From the NCBI GenBank assembly GCA_964636665.1, contig CAZWVT010000001.1:72542-136541 (forward strand): a stretch of DNA of 64,000 bases, read 5' to 3'. The translations under genes and the position numbers were made by a program. Below the pieces are notes generated by a model, which was given only the letters and a program-made list of their open reading frames with translations, was not told where the DNA came from and made no database searches. This DNA is from an uncultured Flavobacteriaceae bacterium. Its GTDB lineage: Bacteria; Bacteroidota; Bacteroidia; Flavobacteriales; Flavobacteriaceae. Position 1 is the stretch's first letter; each line of letters begins with the position of its first letter. This document shows, in pieces, positions 58,346 to 64,000 of the stretch.

Positions 58346-59179
58346 TTATAATTTTTTTCTAAAAAATGAAGCGATTAAATTCATAATCAATACTATTAAA
58401 ATGAGTACCAACGCGGTTCCATAAGCCATTGGTCTGGAAGCTTCCAAGTCTGTTCCGCTTGTTGCCAAAACATATAAATGATACGGGAGTGCCATGGCTT
58501 GGTCTAAAATCCCCGACGGTAATTTTGGTAAAAAATAAGCTGCTACCGTAAATAAAATAGGAGCAGTTTCTCCTGAAACCCTTCCGATGGATAAAATCAA
58601 TCCGGTAATGATGTTCGGAAAAGCAGCAGGAAGCACAATGCGCCGTATCGTTTGCAATTTGGTTGCGCCCAATGCCAAACTTCCTTCTCGATAACTTTGC
58701 GGAACTGCTAACAATGCTTCTTCGGAGGTTCTGATAATTAATGGTAAAACTAGCAATCCAAGCGTTAATGAACCTGCTAAGATAGAATCGCCGAAATTTA
58801 ATTTATTTACAAACAATGCCATTCCAAACAATCCGAAAACGATGGAAGGAATACTGGCAAGATTGTTTGTCATAATCCGAATAATTCTTACAATCCATCC
58901 TTTTCCGGCGTATTCTGTAGTATAAATAGCAGACATTACGCCCAGCGGAAAAGCAAATATAAGACTTCCGACAACCAGATAAAATGTTCCTACGATTGCA
59001 GGAAAAATACCTCCTGAAGTCATTCCTTCTTTTGGGAAAGTTGTTAAAAATTCCCAGCTGATTACTTGAATTCCATTGTATCCGATAAAACCGATAATAC
59101 TGAACAAAATTCCGATGACCAGCAATCCAAAGAACTTGAAGATGGCAAATGCGATATTTTGGCTTATTTTTTTATTCAT
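58346..59179 (-). CDS. pstA: Phosphate ABC transporter permease PstA
   Basis: Six-TM MetI-type permease with an EAA-like loop (EEALLAVPQSYREGSLALGATKLQTI). Abuts pstC. Confidence 0.9.
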   Translation of the reverse strand: MNKKISQNIAFAIFKFFGLLVIGILFSIIGFIGYNGIQVISWEFLTTFPKEGMTSGGIFPAIVGTFYLVVGSLIFAFPLGVMSAIYTTEYAGKGWIVRIIRIMTNNLASIPSIVFGLFGMALFVNKLNFGDSILAGSLTLGLLVLPLIIRTSEEALLAVPQSYREGSLALGATKLQTIRRIVLPAAFPNIITGLILSIGRVSGETAPILFTVAAYFLPKLPSGILDQAMALPYHLYVLATSGTDLEASRPMAYGTALVLILIVLIMNLIASFFRKKL

Positions 59180-60385
59180 TTACGAATGTTTTTTCTTTGA
59201 AATAAGTTCTGCCGAAACAGAAATAATCAATGTAAATACAAATAAAATTGCTCCTAATAAAAACAATGCCTGATAGTGAGCGCCACCCGCCGGCGCTTCT
59301 CCTAATTCTGCGGCAATTGTAGCAGGAATGGTTCGTACGGATTCAAAAAATGAAGTAGGCATAATGGCTGCATTTCCGGTAACCATCAACACGGCCATCG
59401 TTTCTCCGATGGCACGCCCCATTCCTAAAACTATGGCAGCAGAAATCCCGGATTTTGCATACGGAATAACGACTTTATAGATGGTTTGCCATTTGGTTGC
59501 GCCCAATGCCAAACTTGCTTCACGCATTCCCAACGGCGTGTTGCGCATGGCATCCTCAGCAACAGAAATAATGGTGGGTAACGCCATAATAGCCAAAATG
59601 ACACTTCCTGTAAGAGCAGTTTCACCTACGGGAAGATTGAATGTTTTTTGAATCAAAGGAGCAACTACAACCAATCCGAAAAATCCATAAACTACCGAAG
59701 GAATTCCGGCAAGAAGTTCGATAAGCGGTTTCATAAATTTCCGCTCTCGAACTCCTGCGAGTTCAGAAAGATAAATAGCTACACCCATCCCCAATGGCAA
59801 CGCAATAATCATGGCGCCTAAACTAACTAACAGTGTTCCGAAAACTAATGGTAAAACCCCAAACAAAGGGGAGGGTGTAGCAGTTGGAATCCAATCGGTT
59901 CCCAAGAAATATTCTTCTAAATCGACGGTTGAAGATTCCAGTTTTTTTATATTATTTCCTTCCGGTGCGTATTCATCGGGAAGAAAGGCAATAATTCCTT
60001 TTTCACGGCTGATGACTTCTCCTAATTTTTCGGGAAGAAGCTCGTAGTTTTCGCCCAGTTCGTCTTCAGAATAGCTATCAAAAATGTTATCCAATCTGAA
60101 TACTTTGATTTCAATATTTCCTTCTCCCAATGCGCTCCAGGAAGTAATCTCGGAATCGAATATTTGTTTGGTTTCTGTCGGACTTAAATTATCGATTCCG
60201 TTTTCGCTGTTTATATATATGCTGTAACCTTCTTCAATATCCGGCGTATTAAAAAGACCGATTCCTTCAGTAAAAAGAAAAACACTTATAAATAGGATGA
60301 TGATACTTGTAATCGCACCACTGAGTGTTAATATTTTTTCCGTGATTTTGTCAAGAATGCGTCGGTGTAATTTTCGTTTGTGCAT
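59180..60385 (-). CDS. pstC: Phosphate ABC transporter permease PstC with an insertion of about 130 aa in the first extracytoplasmic loop
   Basis: The permease core has an EAA-like loop (EDAMRNTPLGMREASLALGATKWQTI). 401 aa, versus the roughly 300 aa I recall as typical for PstC. Confidence 0.85.
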   Translation of the reverse strand: MHKRKLHRRILDKITEKILTLSGAITSIIILFISVFLFTEGIGLFNTPDIEEGYSIYINSENGIDNLSPTETKQIFDSEITSWSALGEGNIEIKVFRLDNIFDSYSEDELGENYELLPEKLGEVISREKGIIAFLPDEYAPEGNNIKKLESSTVDLEEYFLGTDWIPTATPSPLFGVLPLVFGTLLVSLGAMIIALPLGMGVAIYLSELAGVRERKFMKPLIELLAGIPSVVYGFFGLVVVAPLIQKTFNLPVGETALTGSVILAIMALPTIISVAEDAMRNTPLGMREASLALGATKWQTIYKVVIPYAKSGISAAIVLGMGRAIGETMAVLMVTGNAAIMPTSFFESVRTIPATIAAELGEAPAGGAHYQALFLLGAILFVFTLIISVSAELISKKKHS

Positions 60386-60412
60386 TGCGATTTTATAAAA
60401 TCAAATCCCTGA

Positions 60413-61276
60413 TTAGATGCTGATATAACCGACTTCTTCTACAATTTTTTGCCCTTCGTCCGAGAGAATAAAATCCATAAACTCTTTTTCAGGTTGTTCC
60501 GGAGTGACGAGATGATAATAGTATAATGGTCTTACGATGGGATAGCTTTCATTTTTTACATTTTCTGATGTTGGTGCGACAAAAGTTTCTCCTTGATCAA
60601 ATGACACTGAAACCGGTTGAACCGATTGATTGATATAAGCCACGCCAACATAAGAAATAGCGCCTTTGGTTTGCCCTACAGATTGAATTATCGAACCGTT
60701 GGCAGGCATACTCATAATTCCGGATTTATAGTTTTTCCCCGACATTACGTTGTCTTTGAAAAACTCATAAGTTCCCGAAGATGTTTCTCTGGAATAGGGA
60801 AGGATTTCAAGATCTTCTCCGCCCAATTCGCTCCAGTTTTTTATCTTTCCGGTAAAAATATCTTCCAATTGTTCGCGGGTAAGTTGGTTTACTTTGTTTT
60901 CCGGATGAATTATTACAGCCAAAGCATCATAAGCGATAATAACTTCTTTGAGTTCTTGTCCGTCTGATTCGATTCTTTGTTTCTCGGAAAACTTTATTTT
61001 TCTCGAGGTTTGTGCAATGTCTGTACTATTATTCAACAAAGAAGAAATTCCGACGCCACTTCCTCCACCGGTTACCATCAAGTTGGCATCTGTGTGGTCT
61101 TTTAAATAAACCTGAACTGCCATTTCTGAAATGGGAAGAACGGTTTCAGAGCCTTTAATTCTTACTGATTGTGCCGAAGCAGTGGTGGTTGCGGTTGAAC
61201 TTTCCGAAGATTTTTGCGAATTATTACAACTTATTAGTAGTGTGGTACTAACCAGAAGTATAAAAATTTTTTTCAT
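60413..61276 (-). CDS. pstS: PstS-family phosphate-binding lipoprotein
   Basis: Lipobox LLISC and type-2 periplasmic binding fold motifs (IKGSETV, TGGGSGVG, IFTGKIKNWSELGG, RETSSGT). Confidence 0.85.
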   Translation of the reverse strand: MKKIFILLVSTTLLISCNNSQKSSESSTATTTASAQSVRIKGSETVLPISEMAVQVYLKDHTDANLMVTGGGSGVGISSLLNNSTDIAQTSRKIKFSEKQRIESDGQELKEVIIAYDALAVIIHPENKVNQLTREQLEDIFTGKIKNWSELGGEDLEILPYSRETSSGTYEFFKDNVMSGKNYKSGIMSMPANGSIIQSVGQTKGAISYVGVAYINQSVQPVSVSFDQGETFVAPTSENVKNESYPIVRPLYYYHLVTPEQPEKEFMDFILSDEGQKIVEEVGYISI

Positions 61277-61316
61277 TTTTATTGCTAATTATAATTACTG
61301 CAAAAATCTCGTTCGT

Positions 61317-61399
61317 TTGTTACATTCTTTAATAGATTATATTTCTTTTTTGTTACAAATTTAGAAGGTCTAAAATGCAGAAAGATAGGATTGTAACAT
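61317..61399. promoter_or_regulatory. Cluster of TGT(T/A)ACA motifs upstream of pstS
   Basis: TTGTTACAT occurs at 61317-61325 and TTGTTACAA at 61350-61358, exactly 33 bp apart. An inverted copy, TGTAACA, lies at 61392-61398. Confidence 0.35.
61356..61363 (-). promoter_or_regulatory. -7 promoter box TAAATTTG (minus strand) upstream of pstS
   Basis: Plus-strand CAAATTTA, 79 nt upstream of the pstS ATG. It overlaps the middle TGTTACA motif. Confidence 0.4.
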
Positions 61400-61495
61400 T
61401 TTCGACACACAAAATGTTTGCCATCCGGAAAGTGTTTAAGTAAAGGAATTCGATTGGTTTTTTTATAAAAGTGCAAGCTTATTTAAGAAATTATT

Positions 61496-62506
61496 TTAAT
61501 CTGTGGTTTCATCTTCTTCTTCATCATATCTGGTTTGTCCGGAAGATTGCTGCGGAGGATATTTAGGAGATTTTAGATGGGTATCTTGCTGCTTCTTTTC
61601 ATTTTGTTTTTTCATTTCTTCTCCTATTTGATTGCTGGCAACAAAAGATGCAATCATATTGTTTAGCATATTGCTTCCGGCTTCCGGTGCATTTGGAAGA
61701 AGAATAAGATTGGAATTTGTATCGGCGCCAATCGCTTGAAGGGTGTCATAATGTTGCGTTACCACAATAAGCGCAGATGCTTCTTGTGAATTAATTCCAA
61801 CGTTGTTCAATACTTCTACACTTTCTTCAAGTCCGCGGGCAATTTCACGACGTTGATCGGCAATACCTTGACCTTGAAGACGCTTGCTTTCTGCTTCTGC
61901 ACGTGCTTTGGCAACTATTTTGATACGTTCGGCTTCTGCTTCATATTCGGCAGCAACTTTTTCTCTTTCGGAAGCATTAATACGGTTCATCGCAGCTTTT
62001 ACTTGGATGTCCGGATCGATATCGGTAACCAAGGTTTTAATAATATCGTATCCATATTCGCTCATCGCTTCGTTTAATTCGGATTTAACGGCAATCGCAA
62101 TGTCATCTTTTCGCTCAAAAACATCATCTAATTTCATTTTGGGAACTTCGGCACGAACTACGTCAAATACATACGACGTAATCTGATCGTGTGGATTCTG
62201 AAGTTTGTAAAATGCATCGTAAACTTTTAATGAAAGTACTTGGAACTGAACAGAAATTTTTAATCTTACAAAAACATCATCTTTGGTTTTGGTTTCTACA
62301 ATAACATCCAATTGCTGAATGCGGAGGTTGATGCGACCGGCAATCCTGTCTATCAAAGGGATTTTCAATTGCAGACCTGAATTGCGAATGCTTTGAAATT
62401 TTCCAAAACGTTCGATAATTGCTGAAGTTTGTTGTTTTACGGTAAATAAGCCTGAAAGCAAAATAAACAGACCAAAAATTAGTAACGGGTATAGGATAAA
62501 GCTCAT
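61496..62506 (-). CDS. SPFH/band-7 domain membrane protein
   Basis: N-terminal TM, SPFH core (IIERFGKF...LKIPLIDR), coiled coil (AEYEAEAERIKIVAKARAEAE) and a Q/E-rich tail; 336 aa. Confidence 0.85.
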   Translation of the reverse strand: MSFILYPLLIFGLFILLSGLFTVKQQTSAIIERFGKFQSIRNSGLQLKIPLIDRIAGRINLRIQQLDVIVETKTKDDVFVRLKISVQFQVLSLKVYDAFYKLQNPHDQITSYVFDVVRAEVPKMKLDDVFERKDDIAIAVKSELNEAMSEYGYDIIKTLVTDIDPDIQVKAAMNRINASEREKVAAEYEAEAERIKIVAKARAEAESKRLQGQGIADQRREIARGLEESVEVLNNVGINSQEASALIVVTQHYDTLQAIGADTNSNLILLPNAPEAGSNMLNNMIASFVASNQIGEEMKKQNEKKQQDTHLKSPKYPPQQSSGQTRYDEEEDETTD

Positions 62507-62604
62507 AATTTATCGCTTTTAAATTTAAGATTTCGTGAATATACAATATTAAATCGAGATAAAAATACAGATATTCAATTCCACTTTTAGCTTTTGGTGA
62601 AAAT

Positions 62605-64000
62605 TTACTTTATCTTATCAATAAGATTTTCAATGCGTTTTAAGCTTTCTTTTTTTCCCAAAACGGATAAAATATCCATAACATCAGGTCCTTTCATTTC
62701 GCCAACAAGTGCCAATCGCAACGGCATCATGACTTTTCCGAAACCGATTTTTTCTTCGCTAATCCAACCTTTGATAACAGCTGAAAGATTTTCTGAACTA
62801 AATTCATTAACCGAAGCAATTAATTCTTTCACACGTGTCAAATAAGCTGCAGTTTCAGGTTTTACCGTTTTGTCTATTGCTTTTTGATCGTATGCGCTTG
62901 GCGTTTGAAAGAAAAAACTTCCTTGTTCCCATAAATCAGCAATAAAAGTCGCACGTTCTTTTAATAAAATTACAATCTTTTTGACATCAACGGAATGCAT
63001 GATTTTCTTGGCTGACAGAAATTTTTCAAACAATTCTGTAATCTCATCATCCGATAGTTTCTGGAAATATTGATTTTGAAACCATTTCGTTTTGTCCGGA
63101 TCAAATTTTGCTCCTGCTTTGTTAACTTTTTTCAGGTCAAAATTTTCAATCAGTTCTTCCAGTGAAAATAATTCTTGCTCCGTTCCGGGGTTCCATCCTA
63201 AGAAAGCGAGCATATTAATAACGGCTTCGGGCAAATAACCGTCTTCCCGATATCCTGATGAAGTTTCTTCTTCGGCATTTTTCCATTCCAAAGGAAAAAC
63301 CGGAAATCCGAGTTTGTCGCCATCTCTTTTGCTCAACTTGCCATTTCCACTCGGTTTTAAAATAAGTGGAAGGTGTGCAAACTCCGGAGTTTCCCAACCA
63401 AAAGCACGATACAACAAATAATGAAGTGGGAGCGAAGGCAACCATTCTTCACCTCGAATCACATGAGAGATTTTCATCAAATAATCATCGACAATATTTG
63501 CCAAATGATACGTTGGCATGCCATCGCTTTTGAATAAAATTTTATCGTCTAAAATTTTAGAATCTACTTTAATTTCTCCGCGAATAAGGTCATTTAAGAT
63601 TAATTGTTCATTTTCAGGCGATTTGAAACGAATGACATAAGGTATTTCGGAATCGATTTTACCTTGAACTTCTTGTTGCGATAAAACCAATGAATTCGAA
63701 AGCTGATTTCTGTTTTCCCAATTATAAATGAACGTTTCGCCTTTAGTCTCTTTATTTTTTCGTAATCGGTCTAATTCTTCCGCACTGTCAAAAGCGTAAT
63801 AAGCATTTCCGGAATTTATGAGCTTCTCGGCGTATTTTCGATAAATCTCTTTTCGCTCACTCTGACGATAAGGACCGACTTCTTTTTCTTTTCCCGGCCC
63901 TTCGTCGTAAGAAATTCCGAGCCACTCCAATGATTCGATAATATATTTTTCCGCTCCCGGAACAAATCGGTTTTGGTCTGTATCTTCAATTCTCAACAGA
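62605..64000 (-). CDS. gltX: Glutamate--tRNA ligase (N-terminus lies beyond the window edge)
   Basis: RIEDTDQNR segment, KLSKR (KMSKS-type) motif and GluRS C-terminal anticodon-binding domain. The frame stays open to position 64000. Confidence 0.9.
   Translation of the reverse strand, partial: LLRIEDTDQNRFVPGAEKYIIESLEWLGISYDEGPGKEKEVGPYRQSERKEIYRKYAEKLINSGNAYYAFDSAEELDRLRKNKETKGETFIYNWENRNQLSNSLVLSQQEVQGKIDSEIPYVIRFKSPENEQLILNDLIRGEIKVDSKILDDKILFKSDGMPTYHLANIVDDYLMKISHVIRGEEWLPSLPLHYLLYRAFGWETPEFAHLPLILKPSGNGKLSKRDGDKLGFPVFPLEWKNAEEETSSGYREDGYLPEAVINMLAFLGWNPGTEQELFSLEELIENFDLKKVNKAGAKFDPDKTKWFQNQYFQKLSDDEITELFEKFLSAKKIMHSVDVKKIVILLKERATFIADLWEQGSFFFQTPSAYDQKAIDKTVKPETAAYLTRVKELIASVNEFSSENLSAVIKGWISEEKIGFGKVMMPLRLALVGEMKGPDVMDILSVLGKKESLKRIENLIDKIK

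Noticed and set aside
61285-61476. A 63-aa ORF on the minus strand in the pstS upstream region.
   Set aside because: It lies entirely within promoter/leader DNA carrying the motif cluster and the -7 box. Its composition is basic and AT-driven, and it has no recognisable features.

Overview
AT-rich 64-kb chromosomal window that looks like core genome of a Bacteroidota/Flavobacteriia-type organism. Support for that: a Bat aerotolerance-type operon, TAnnTTTG -7 promoter boxes, TonB-dependent receptors with carboxypeptidase-regulatory-like N-termini, and lipoproteins with acidic residues just after the lipobox Cys. I can support about 67 protein genes, 3 tRNAs (Ala-GGC, CAT-anticodon Met/Ile2, Cys-GCA), several rho-independent terminators and a set of -7 promoter boxes. 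I saw no rRNA, CRISPR array, transposase, integrase or prophage module. Gene content is mostly housekeeping: batA-E, kbl, ribE, pdxA, yceD-rpmF-fabH-accBC, mtgA, pheS, SOD, rbfA, dusB, lepA, rnpA, rpiB, rnr, folB, glnS, and gltX (partial). I do not see a clear-cut novel system. The best candidate is the phosphate locus at 49.4-61.3 kb. There pstSCAB-phoU and a PhoB/PhoR-like two-component pair bracket an uncharacterised module: a MarC-family protein, a TonB-dependent receptor and a beta-helix-like lipoprotein. A TGT(T/A)ACA heptamer recurs with the same 33-bp spacing upstream of both pstS and the lipoprotein gene. Secondary leads:
- a 548-bp AT-rich non-coding block with three DnaA-box-like 9-mers
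- a 64-aa protein that is essentially a signal peptide plus a sorting-signal-like tail
- an unlisted 54-aa membrane ORF coupled to a 131-aa protein and an orphan ABC ATPase
- a PstS-like segment inserted in PstC
- two small conserved-looking membrane gene clusters

All family assignments come from motif recognition by eye; no database search was run.
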